DNA of 64,000 nucleotides. Origin: Lingula anatina (taxonomy: Eukaryota > Animalia > Brachiopoda). This document shows, in pieces, positions 25,161 to 37,800 of the stretch. The position numbers were made by a program, and so were the translations under genes. How positions within the stretch are numbered: position 1 is the first letter of the stretch; the number at the start of each line of letters is the position of its first letter. Below the pieces are notes generated by a model that saw only the letters and a list, made by a program, of their open reading frames with translations, had not been told where the DNA came from and ran no database searches. Where the stretch lies: positions 13,042,567-13,106,566 of the forward strand of contig CM120644.1 in the NCBI GenBank assembly GCA_051362555.1. Reading direction: 5' to 3'.

Positions 25161-25891
25161 ATAACTTTTTTATTTGCTGTATTTAAATCCTGACAATATT
25201 GGAATAAAAATATAAGTTACTTTTGATTCCTAAAGTTGTTTGTCGTTTAAAGCGTCAAAATTATGTCTACCCCAAGTGAAATTCGGTGAACACTTCTTCC
25301 ACTGCACTGAGTGCTATATATTTATACATAAACTCCAGCCAATGCAAGATTGCATAATTATTTCTCCGACATGCAAATCACCACATTCAATCTATCTGTT
25401 AAATACTTTAATCAAATTGCAAAACATTTTATCATGCAAACAATTTGCAAAAGTATTCGCTTTTTTCATACTGTGCTTAATGTAAGATACGGAATTAAGT
25501 CATGTACATAGAATAACTAGTATACATACAAAAGATCACCACGCAATATTATGAAATTAGTCTTAAGCTTTCAAAAAATAAAAACATTCACAACATGTGA
25601 CCTTTCCAGTCAACAAAAGCTGGAATGTAAGGTGGCCTTTCGCACTGTAAAAGGTGATAGTTGAACTTTTGAAAACTGAAAGTTAATTAAAATGTGAATG
25701 ACGGTCTTTCCGAGAGGTAAAAGTTGATAAAAAGATGACCTTTTACAAATAAAAGGTGAAAGATGACCTTTTCGTCAGGAAAGGATGATGAAAGATGAGG
25801 GATCATCTTTCGATAACATTTTGTAGATAACTGAAAGGCGATAAAAGGTGTTTTTTCATGCAGTGTATGGTGCTGATACCTATTAAGCGTT

Positions 25892-25931
<40 letters not shown>

Positions 25932-26989
25932 CATAAATTCAATACGGAATAAATCGTTCCATGGTGAATACCGTGCGCTTGCAATACGTTAACGTTTTCT
26001 GTCAAAAGATTTTTATTTGTTGTCATTTCCTTGTGTGGGAAAGCATAACATTTGGTTCCACCTTTAATTACAGGTGAATGCAGTATCCCAGTGTTTTTTT
26101 AACAATTGTGTCGCGAACAATGCGCCAGACAGGTTTTTGTGTTTCGTTGGGAACTGCACAGCAGAGTACCAGGCGCTCTCCCAGGTCTGTTTAGCTTGCC
26201 TTTTGGCACGGCAAACTCAAAATGTGAAAGAATTGCTGAATGCTTTCAGTCGAACTGAGCTTTGTGCTACAACCCCTTACGAGATGACCTATGGCCTAGT
26301 GATACTCAGCAAACGACCGATAGATGACACTAGTTTCGTAGACTACCACGATGGATATTCAGTGAGTGTGCCGCGCGGGTATCTTCGTGCCAAGGTACGT
26401 ATATTCAATCCTCAGAAATCATTTATGCATGGAAGTGTAAATGATTTAAATAAAATCAAGCCTGGCTGTAGCCACGCTCGACTGTCACCTTGTTTGATTA
26501 ATCAGCCTACTGAAAGGACCTACAAAACCTCATGAAATGAAAAATCCTAGCAAAATCAATTAGGCATTTTTATCTTAAACTGACATGATATAAACAAAAT
26601 TTATTTTGGTTAATTTGTTAAAAATTAAAATGGTACACCGCTGAGGTTTCAATATCAGAGAATTATTCTTGTCAAATTGGTATTCAAACTAATTATATGC
26701 ATACCGTCTAGAGTGTTCTGAAAGGTATCAATCAATATGAATATAAGTATTAAAATTTCAGTGTTCAATTCCAGTTGCATCGTTCACAATTTCCGCTCCT
26801 AAACCATATTCTTACCGAATTTTATGAAAAGTTTCTAAAGCCAAATTTTGTCTGGCACTAAATATATTCCTCTAGAAAAAAAAAGGTGTTACCCCTGCCG
26901 CACTGATGTACATTGCTACTGGGGAAAGATACCCATAGGTATAATTTTACTAGTGCATAACAACTAGGAAACCGATTATCGTGCAGCCC

Positions 26990-27440
26990 ACATAATTAGT
27001 GGTATGGGGTGTATCGGCTTCTTAGGTGTACTTGTGCTTGTATTGGTCAACGGGAAGCGTAACGCAGAACATTACATCCAAGTTCTGGAAAGAAACTTAA
27101 TAAGGAATTCTGTCAAGAATATCTTTTCTTTCAGCATGACTATGCTACCCCACTTACAGTCAATGTAACAGTATAGGCTGGTTATATGCAAATTCAGATT
27201 CAGCCCCCCCCCCTCCCCCCTCCCATGGCCAGCTCAATCCCTAGATCAGAACCTCAAAAGAAATGTGTGGGATATCCTCAGAAATAGATAGCTGAAGGAT
27301 AACCTTGCAAACAAAACTGATCACATTCTTTGAGGAACGCCAACACTCTACAAACGTTAAAAACTTTTTAGCAAAAAGCACAGTTCGCGTCAGGTGCATT
27401 TTCCAATCCAGAGGATACTGTACAATATACTATATCGTGG
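26990..27440 (+). mobile_element. Degenerate Tc1 transposase fragment
   Basis: Frameshifted remnants VWG-CIGFLGV, QHDYATP (QDNAP-like) and PWPAQSLDQNLKRNVW (WPAQSPDLNPIENVW-like). Confidence 0.7.
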
Positions 27441-28700
27441 AATTTATTTACTATCATAAGCTTATTAATTTCTTGCACAATCAGTAAAAAAAATTGTAAA
27501 ACAATCCCTTCAGAATCTGATAAAAAACAATGGATTATGACATTACCTTCTGTATCACTTTACGCACTACATTATGGGTGACACTTTTTTTTTTTTTTTT
27601 TTTTTTTTTGCTAGGGGAGTACGTCTATAGGTCAATTGTCAATACACTTAAGTATTTAAACAAACATTTTTTTCCTACAGGTTGGTGGTGTCCACGTGTT
27701 CTGTACTCACACAACCCCTGTTCTGACGGATATTTACTTAGATGGTAAGTAGGATAACAAGTGTTTAAGAGGGGCATTTACTTAAGGGAGTTGGACCCAC
27801 GTAATGGGCTTAGCGTCTGCTTCCCCCCTTCTTTGCTCAACATTTTGTTATAAAAGGGCATTCTTTCACAAAATTACGAAAAAAATACTTGTCATATGGC
27901 TTGGCTGCTATGTATTCGTTTTGATGTCAATTTTAAAGAAAGGGAAATGAAAGGTCTGTGCAACAGCGAGTCCGGTATTCACTCATTTCAAACAAGTCAG
28001 TGTCGATGTGACTCAAGTGGATCAAAATATAGGACGGGGTAGGGGGGGGGTGGCTCTACAAATTATTGCATCAACGTGACCTTGAGTAGTGCCTCGAATT
28101 GCCTTATGTGTGAGTAGTCCGCTTAACACTGATAACCGGTATAAACCTAATGTATTTCCTTGTCTACTAAGTAATTTAATCTCTGTTCATATTGTAACTG
28201 TTATACATCATCTTTTGATAAATGGTGTCCATGGTTTATCTTTATATAATTTGTCTATAAATGAGCAATAGTGTGTTCTTTAAATCAATTTCCAGGCCGT
28301 TTCGGTAGTTACGAGGAACAAAGTTTATATGAACTTGGAACGCTCCTGAACGCTGCAAATCCCGTTCTCGAGAAATCACTTTTGCTGGGCGATTTCAACA
28401 CTTCACCGAGTATCCCGGATGCAAACATTACGTCACAGCTTCCCGTGGCCTATCAGCTCCTGACCCAGAACTACTTTTCCCCTTATCTGGAGGTAGTGAC
28501 GTCATGCACATACTGCAATGATAACTGGCTGACTAACAATCGCTCTGACCGTATAATAGACCACGTGCTTCCACCCAAATCATGGAGGGACCAAATAATG
28601 GAGAAGGTAAAGGGAGATATTAGTCGTACACGCGTGATTTAAGGTTACGGGTGTGTGTGGGAGTGTGTGTGGGGGGGGGGGGGGGGGGGAAGGGGGGGCA

Positions 28701-29013
28701 CCCGCAAGAAAACGCAGTAGTTACTCCAGCGCAGTAGACTACTGCAATCATACTGCAAACCGCAGCAGACTACTGCAATCATACTGCAAACATGCTTCAA
28801 ATCTGCTTCGATTTGGGAGCTAATTAGCATATTTGAAACATGCTTCTATCATGCTGCTAATCTACTGCATTAATGCTCCTCTCTGTACAAACCTATGTAC
28901 TTTTTGGAGTAGAATTGCAGTAGGCTGTGCTGCATTTCTACTGCAAATATGCTCCACACCACTACTGCGTTAATGCTTTTTTGCTACTTCGATACTTCGC
29001 ATTTTCGTGCGGG
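28701..29013. mobile_element. MITE with CCCGCA ends, 2-bp TSD and actgc subterminal repeats
   Basis: cccgcaagaaaacgc ... gcattttcgtgcggg with CA on both flanks; absent from gene B. Confidence 0.75.
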
Positions 29014-30255
29014 CAGGAACGTGGCTAAAGATTGCATGGATTCGGTAGATCTTAGCTTTGTCATAATACCAGCTCTGTTTTCGAACTATGAATACTTCAT
29101 TTAAAAGGAGTTGCGTTTAAGAAACAATTTTGTAAATTAAGTTATCTTTGGCAATTTTAATTTTCTTTAAAACACTTATACGTATTTAAAAATACGTATA
29201 AATGTTTTAAAGAATTTGATACACATTTCTATTTATGCAAAATATCATAGTGTTGTCTGCACATGTGCATTTGTACAAATTTAGTGGAGTTCTAGTATTT
29301 ACGGTACGAAGATCAGGCTCAGGAAAGCTATTCAGCGTTATATCTCTTTTTGTAACTGTTATGTAATAAGTAAACGAAATGAAAAGCTGTTGAAGTGAGC
29401 TTTTTATTGATTTAATACTTGTTGGAATATCTTGGTCGGTTAAGAAGGGAGCCACTTACTTTCCACCCTATGTCCGCAACCTTAAAAGAAGACCACGTCA
29501 AGCACTGCAAACATTGGCTATAATAAAATACTAGTGTTGATTTTTACTAATTAAATTATATATATCTTAATTTTTGTAACCTTTTTGTGCTCTGAACTAT
29601 GAAACATATTTCCTTTTTGAATTCCCTTTGGTACTTGACAAAAAGATTAACGGTTGTAAATTCAAAATGATTTATGTTTAGTGTATACGTATTATAATTT
29701 GCATGGTAAAGTTGTGCTGCTATATGAAACTTTTCAAATTGAGTCTGTACTCAGCTGCAGTTTGTACATAGATATGAGTAAAAAAAGATTTAGAAGGCTT
29801 TTTACACTAGTAAAATAATATCACACTTCTTAAACCTATTCCAGGCCACGCCAGTGAGAATATTTGATGGAGATGCCACTGTGTCGGACCATTACGGCGT
29901 AGCTTTGTTCAACCAAGAAAGAAAGGAAGACTAGATCAGCACTTCCAATATATCATACCATTTACTGACATTCCATTCCCCAACCTGCTCGATAAATCGA
30001 CTGATGAATCAATCCGTGTTGGAAAATGTTCCTGTAATCTGCCTCAATTTACGCAAGCTTTTTGGCAGGCAGTCTTAGAAATGAAGTCATAGAAAGCAAT
30101 ACAAAAGTTAAAAGCAAAGCATGGTGGATTTTTATGATTGTGCAAGAGACTAACTTCGACAGTAGTTACGAGAAGATAACAAGAAAAATATCAGTGGATG
30201 GCTTTTGCAGTTTTCATTTTATGTCCTGACCAAATTTTCTCAAGAAAACCGCTTT

Positions 30256-30424
30256 CAGGGGCGGATTTAGGCCGTCTTCTGGGTCTTTCGGAAGACGGTC
30301 AGATTTTCAAGTTTACGCTGACGGGTATCTATATGTTTATGTCAGAAGACGGTCAAAAAATGGAGGATGGATCAACAAATATAGTATGGAAGACTGTCAG
30401 AAAATATCTCTGGATCCGCCCCTG
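30256..30424 (+). mobile_element. MITE, CAGGGGCGGAT family
   Basis: TIRs as at 19492; 5-bp TSD GCTTT. Confidence 0.92.
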
Positions 30425-31003
30425 GCTTTTGTACTGTACGTTGACAAGTGGGGTGAAAGAGTGAGTGTGTGTGTGTGTGTATGTGTGTGTATATGTATGT
30501 AGTACAGTGTATTTCAGTTAGTGCTTTTGTGTTATTCCTATTTCTGAGTCCAATTTTGTATTTGCACTTTGTTTGTTAATATATTCCTTTAGACAAAATA
30601 AAATGTATAAATCCTTGTGGCATGTGTTCGTTTACGCCCCAATTACGAAATCACGTGTACATGTGTCAGGCCCTCACTTGAAATGGCGTCACTGCGTTTA
30701 GCTCCTGGGAAGGGTTGACAAGTTTTATTGCTTGATTACCTAACTTACGTGAATGAGTTCTTAGGATAAGTAAACAACACAAAGTGTGAGGTGTAAGTTT
30801 GGGGGGTCTTCATTGACAAATGTCGAGTTGACTTATTGCAACAGGCACTCATCATAAGAAATTAACCTTTTCTCAATGGGAAATCTCTACTGGACCATAA
30901 GCAATTACGACCCATGTATTTTGGGTTGAGTGACTCCTAAATATATATTGGGATTTTATGAACAAATGAATAAAAGGGATATTAAAGTATAAAGCAATCG
31001 TCC

Positions 31004-31102
31004 TACCCCCGGGGAGGATCGAACAAACGACCTTCAGAAAATTCTACTGCTTTAAAGTTATGAGTCTGCCGAGCTGCCAATTACGAGAATAAACAAAGAG
31101 GT
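31004..31102 (-). pseudogene. Degenerate elongator tRNA-Met(CAT)-like pseudogene with a ~19-nt insert after the anticodon
   Basis: Minus strand reads GGCAGCTCGGCAGACTCATA-[ACTTTAAAGCAGTAGAATT]-TTCTGAAGGTCGTTTGTTCGATCCTCCCCGGGGGTA, resembling metazoan tRNA-Met. T and D stems are broken. Confidence 0.5.
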
Positions 31103-31945
31103 AAGAAAAATTGTAGAGAAAGCATAACCCTTTTCCCAGGCGACTTTCCAGCAGTGTAATACGAGTAATACAATTTTCGGGAACAAAAGCGTTATGCAAT
31201 ATAATATGTTCGGTGTGTTTGGCCAAAGTCTAACAAAGAATGAAACTATTGGTCATAGGAATTTAGTACCAACTTTATAGTATTACTCTATTATTAAGTC
31301 AAACCTCTCTCAAAACCTACAATAATGATATTTTAAAGAAAGCAATATATATTTATTTCAGAAGTATATTATGGATGATTTACTGTGGTTGTTTGAGTTT
31401 GTATATATAATGATATAGGTACCATTATTTGCATAACCTGTGTAATATGCGTTTTTTTCTTTTTTTGAGAAACAGAAAGATTTTCGGGCAGCGATCGAAC
31501 AGCCTGTGATCTACAGTATCTATATATATTTTCATCTTTAAAGAAAAGCTGCGGTGTAATATATAAATGTTGCTGTAACATAATGTGAAAAATATTTCTC
31601 CGGGCTTTACTTATGCAAATATACTATATACTTCCTGTATATGACATGTCTATCATAAATAATTACAGTATATACTACTAAAAGGTGTGGCCTCTGGCAC
31701 ATAAGATATGATTCAGTACGAATAGCTTAGAGTGACTTGGTTCTAATAAAGGACAATGCCCCTAGCTATTGTGTTCGTCGGAATGAATCATAAATCGGTG
31801 GCGAGCTATAAGAGCAGAGGCCGAAAAAAAATCTGTGAGTAGAACCAAGAAAGGCGTACCCTGCACACCTATTTCCTGTTCTGTATTATCTGAGTCTTCA
31901 ACTGAAAAGAGGCGGACGAATTGAGGAGACAAATTCAGGAAAGAA

Positions 31946-34770
31946 ATGAGGAATGCACCTTGCATTATAGCAATATTATGGGTGGTTCTTACATTTGGGA
32001 GGTAAGAAATAAAACTACTTTGAAGACATATTAGAGATGTTAAAACGTAGCGTATGAAGAAAATTTTAGCAGCCACTCACTTTCAGATATTGCATGCTCC
32101 GGTGTAAGACCAATTACTGTTCTCCATACTTTGGCCGCATTAGCTGTATTCATAACAGTGGACTAACCATTTCGCAGATCGAATATGGCCAATCCAATTG
32201 AGTGCTTGTTGCGTTATCCTCCTGCCTGGGGAAAGTATTCAGTGTCTACAAGGGGATAAGATGGCACGCTTTCTTGTTGGTTGCCATATTTGATCCGCTG
32301 ACTAGTTAGTCCTTTGTTCTGAATACGTCCATTCAGAACAGATGATCCGCTGGCTAACTGGTGCGCGGATCAAATATGGCCGACCCCACTTGAAAACGAT
32401 GCAACTAACCCCTAATAGTCTCCCCGCCTACCACACGCGTCAGGCCTGTAGGGGTCTATTGATTCAACGGATTTTATCTCGTTTTCGAGGTTTAAATTTT
32501 CGTGAAATAGCATAGGGACTGCGTTACAATAAATTGTGTAACAGGCTACTAGAGCGCCCTGTGGTCAGAGAGTAGGTCTAAAGATACCAGTTCGCTGTCC
32601 TTTGTAAAGCCATGTAGATTTCTGAAGATTCCGCATGTAATTATCTCCTCCAATTGTCCCGTTCACGTATTTACGTGTCGATATTAATTGGAAAGAATTC
32701 ATCCCTTCAGCCGATTGACACAACCGAAGATGTTACCTTGTTGATTAACCAATCGCATTCCTCTCTAAGAATCCACTACCGATCTTCAATACCATTAAAT
32801 ATGTGAAATCTTCTTTAAAGATGACCATCGTTAGGTTTTACCTCGAAAGACATACTGATTGGTATTTCTTAGGACAAACGGCATTTTCTCCAACCAACCA
32901 ACGTTTGCTCCTCCTATTTTGTCACTCACCATATCTGTAACTCTGTAACAATTTGAGGAGTTTTAAAAGTCCTTAACATTCGTTTGAGGACAGGTTTTCA
33001 AATCCTGCTATCCTTTTTAGCATTGACTCTGTCAAGATTGTTGACAGATGGCGAAGAATCAAGAGGTGATTAATCACCTTAATTTTGGCAACATTAATTC
33101 ACAACATTTAGCATTCAATAACGTACTTTGAGTCCTTAAATGAGTTCACCAAGAAGTGATAGATGAATCTTTGCGTGAAAAAAATGAAAAAGGTATTTAA
33201 AACCGCATGATTCTGTCTGTTTAGAAGCAAGTCGTTTGATTTATGTATCATCTTTTCACTTGTATTTTAGTCCACACCGCCAAGCGCATGCCAATCACGC
33301 TATTTATCCCAAAACTTACTCCGACAGTGTTGATGGCCTGATAATAAAACAATTCGCAGGTTTGAACGGCCGGGTTGGTCAAGAGGTTGGGAATGGCAGG
33401 ACTCTCAAAGATACGGAGAACTTCCAACTTATTAGAGAACTAGAAAGTGACCCAAGCTACAGCGAAATGAAGCCCAGTTTGATGTATGATCAGTCAAGTG
33501 GAAAAGGTCATCTAAGCAAAGGCAGAAAAAGTGCAGCTAACGCTATGGAGAAGAGAATACAAAAACGTCATATAAAGAAATCAAAGAAAACAAAGAAATC
33601 AAAGAAACGTGGAAGCAAGGATCGCATTGTGAACGCAATGCTGGGAACAGTGACATTCAACGTAGGTCTCCATCCTACTGTTGTGCCTGAGTAAGTGCCT
33701 TAAACAACTAGAAAAGCATTCCGAGTGCGCAGACCTCCGCCAAGGCAGCAATTTTTGATTATTATTGATTATTGATTGATTATTGATCCGGATCACCACC
33801 ACCACCATCTGCTCCTTGGCCCTTGGCCCAGTTCCTGAAAATTTCATCAAAATCGGTCCATCGCTTTTTGAGTTATGTTGATGACAGACAAACAAACAAA
33901 CAAGGGTGAAAATATAACCTCCTTGGCGGAGGTAAAAAGGGAGTTTTTGTAACCGAAGTGATCATTATTGAACGGCATTAGGTATTCTGATGCCACAAAA
34001 GAATTACACAATGAAAACATATTTTTTTAGTTTAGAAATTTCGCTCGACTTTTTTTTTATTTTCTGTGTATCCTTTACACAATATTCGATAATAATACAC
34101 TAATATTAAAAGTCAAACGGCTAATCAGTCACGAAACCCCTTTGATATCTATGTAGAAAATAACCCTCTTTGCCTTCGAATAATCGCATTGTCATTGCCT
34201 TATTTATTTATTTCAAATAAATATATTTTTTTATTATTTATCAATCTATTTATTTTCCTTTTCAATTATGGATGATGGATTTTTAGAAACCTACATAAAT
34301 CTGTAAGCATTTGGCACCGATACTCGTGTAGGAGCAGATGTTCCTTATCTTCTGCAAACTTAACCGAGAATTTCTGTATATATCTTTTTTTTTTTTTTTG
34401 GATTAAATACATTTATTGTACATTGCTTTCCAGATACGAAACGCGAAGAGCAAAGTTTATTGAAATAATAGAAAATGGTTCTCTTCCGGGAGATGTCGTC
34501 TGCTTGCAAGAGGTTTGGGAAGCAGATGATCTTAGAGAAATTATCTCCAAGACGCGGACAGATTTTCCATTTTCCGTCAGCGCCCTGCATCAGACTATAG
34601 ATGGCGACACTGTCTTCCCTACTGCTAATCCTTCAATACCTGCTTGTACCCTTGCTGAGGTGAATATGATTAATCTGTTACAGCCTTACATCATACTTAC
34701 ATACCTACAAATCATACTTACAAAGTTAAATATGAAAAATAATTTACCTTTTAACTGAAGTGCCATCTCA

Positions 34771-34808
<38 letters not shown>

Positions 34809-37800
34809 AACACACACACACAAACGAAGTCCCACGCTGTGACTTCATACTGATTCAATTTAGTTCAATGCCTGCAGATGAGCCTCTATACTGTACTAGA
34901 AGGTTTGTCGTCGACGTGATTTCCAATTCGGAGGCATTATATTTTTGTCGGCAAGACAGTAACCATTCATAGGACCTGGTGTACGAATAGCAACACCGTA
35001 TCATTTGCATGTCATTGTAGTGGGGAAATCCATAAATAATGCGAAACAATTGATATAGTGCTGTAGTAAATTGTTTACATGCCCCGGGTATTTACCGTGC
35101 TCCAAATCTACCTGTATAAGCTACGGTACTATGGCTGGCATTTCCTTTGGCTTTGATTCCGACAGGATGTGAACGTATGTGTTCCCTGACTTAGGTCGAC
35201 GTAGCCTTTAATAGAGGAACCCCTAAATAATATGTTGATGGTAATTTATCAGGTAACATAACTGTATTCAAAGTAATTTTTCTGAGTACCGTCATCCTAC
35301 GGATATCTTTTGTCATCTACATTTAGTCCCACATGAAATTGCAGGTGAATGCGGTATCCCAGTGTTTTTTTAACAACTGCCTGGCGAACAATGCGACAGA
35401 CTTGTTCCTGTGTTTCGTTGGGAACTGCGTACCAGAGTACCAGGCGCTCTCCCAAGTCTGTTTAGCTTGTCTTCTGGCACGGCAGAGCCGCAATCCCAAA
35501 GAATTGCTTGCTTCTTTCAATAGAACTGAGTTTTGTGCTACAACCCCGTACGAAGTAACCTACGGCTTGGTGATACTTAGCAAACGACCGATAGAGGACG
35601 CCTCGTTCGTGGACTACCACGAGGGATATTCAGTGAGTGTGCCACGCGGGTATCTGCGTGCCAAGGTTAGTATATCTGGACCCCGTATTCGTTTATGCGT
35701 AAAAAATTATATACAGACTTGACATTTAATATGGAATATTTTTTCCAAATCATAATTCATCAGTTTTTTTCCTATTTTGCAGACTGATAAATGAAAATAA
35801 GGATCAAAATCGTGTTTTTATAACTTATGATAAACTGTTCCATGTCATTGTGACATCAGTTCTTTAATTGACTTCGCCAATGAAGCAAACAAAACTACAT
35901 TGCCAATCTTAAGTCATACGACAACCATTGAAAGCGATATTTTGGATCTCCATATTTTCCAAATTATCGTCTTTAAAAGAGTTACACGACCCACAAAGAA
36001 CCTTCATGTCAGCGTCTAGTCACAGTAACGGTCGCCGCTATGCCTGACCTTATCCTTCTGCTACCAGAGCTTTCAAGAGGCAAGGCATTTCTTGCGATAG
36101 TTTTTTAAGAATTTAATCTGGAATAAAAGTCCAGGCAACGGTTAAAGCTTGTCCAATTTGGTTCAATTTTGTTGTAGGACATGCTGGCCGTTGATTTGGC
36201 GACTATTGACCTAACCACATATTGTCAAAGTGAATCAAATATGGCGATTTTGATGACCAAGGTAGCTGCTCATTCCCTTGGTTCTGTAAGTTATCTGCTA
36301 ATAAAAGTGCTCTGTGTGAACCAGCAATCTGATCGTGCAACCTAAAACTGTTCCTAAGGTGTCCCCTATCAAATGATAGTCAAGTGGTTCCCAGATTATT
36401 CCTTTATTTGATCTGGTTCAGGTTTTAGTCAATGACTTCCATTGGTGTTTTGGCACCAGTGTGGTATCAACTCCAAATACTGACGCTGTTAATGGCTCTA
36501 GTCACTTCAGAAGCGGCACACACCTTGTCGTAGACCTCTTGAAGATGTCTGTAAGCTCTTTTTTTGACCAATTTAGCGGTACAGGCGAAATCTGACCTCA
36601 ATAAAGAAAACAACGCGGTTTCAATGTTCTACCCAGAAACGGTCATGGTCCCCAATTCATTAGAGAAACAGACTACGCTGTTCTGCTGTTTACAGTGGCC
36701 TCCTCAGAGGTGGGCTGGTATCTTAATCTGCTTAAACCAGTTTGGTGTTCGCTAAGAGACTTGAAAAACGCGCTTTAGTGACAATTTGCCCCTCATTTAA
36801 AACGGACTGGGTGGTTTTGGTTTAATTGCAGCAGCATATCCTGAAGGAAATTGAGTCCTGTATTCTGGTGGTAAGATATCGATACATTGGACGTGGTGTC
36901 TGTGTGGGTACATGAGCCTGGGCATAAGTCTGTGAAATTGTGCGGACCGTTTCTTTTGGGGCAATAGTCTGTCTGGCAATGTCTTTCTTTTTCGCGCCAT
37001 TCTGGCACATTTTAACAATTTTGAAAAACAATACTTAACTCATTTTACGCACTGCAAAACCGACCGCTTGCATGCAAAATTTCAATTTCTTCTATGCAAT
37101 GGTTGCCGACATATGGATACTTTTTTGACAGAACCATCCCTCGCCAAAGCCAAGCTTTGACCAGCCCAAAGGAGCACTACCCAGTTAAATCAATGCATAT
37201 TTAACAATGCAGCAGTGCATCAGACTTGGTAAGCAGTTAATTGGTAGAGACACACCTTTCTTCATACTTCCCCAGTCAGATATCTTATATGAGATCTGAG
37301 TGTTTTCAATAAAGAACGCATTTTTACCTAGGTATACCTTTAAAACTGAAATATTCCATATTAAATGTCAAGTCTGTATGTATGAAAAAATTCAGGTCTA
37401 TATGTAAAAAAAGCACGCTCGACTGTGACTTTGTTTTATCAACCCAATAAATGGACCTACAAAACCACAAAAATGACACTATACTAGTCCACCAGAACAC
37501 AATAATGCCCGATCTCTTAACCGATCGAATAGTGTAACGATGTTTTTGTCATTACATATTTAATTATTCAAAATTTAAATAATACACACAGTAGGTGTCA
37601 GTGTGAGCTAAAGGTTCTCGTCAAATTTGAAATAGATATCCAAACGTTTTATTTGCACACCGTATAGTGTTGTCAAGTTACCAATCAATAAGCATTAAAT
37701 TTTTCAGTTTCAGTACTATCGATCACCGCTACCGCTCACGAACCATAATCATACCAAATTTTGTGACAATTTTCTAAAAGAGAACTTTACTTAATTCATG

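Larger units (their letters stand above)
20716..25865. mobile_element. 5.15-kb CACTA/EnSpm-like (CACTG-ended) DNA transposon in intron 3 of EEP gene A
   Basis: TIR cactgcatgaaaaa / tttttcatgcagtg; 3-bp TSD TAT; dense acctttt/aaaagg subterminal repeats. The intron is 5.7 kb versus 0.7 kb in gene B. No intact transposase seen. Confidence 0.88.
17552..29934 (+). pseudogene. Secreted EEP-superfamily (endonuclease/exonuclease/phosphatase) gene A with an in-frame TAA at 19386-19388
   Basis: Exons 17552-17607, 19067-19477, 20171-20396, 26074-26394, 27681-27744, 28296-28606, 29845-29934. Motifs TFNV, DVVCLQEVW, GLVILSKRPI, CTHT, LLGDFN, IIDHV, SDHYGV. The stop aligns with TCA in gene B; all other exons are open. 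Confidence 0.85.
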
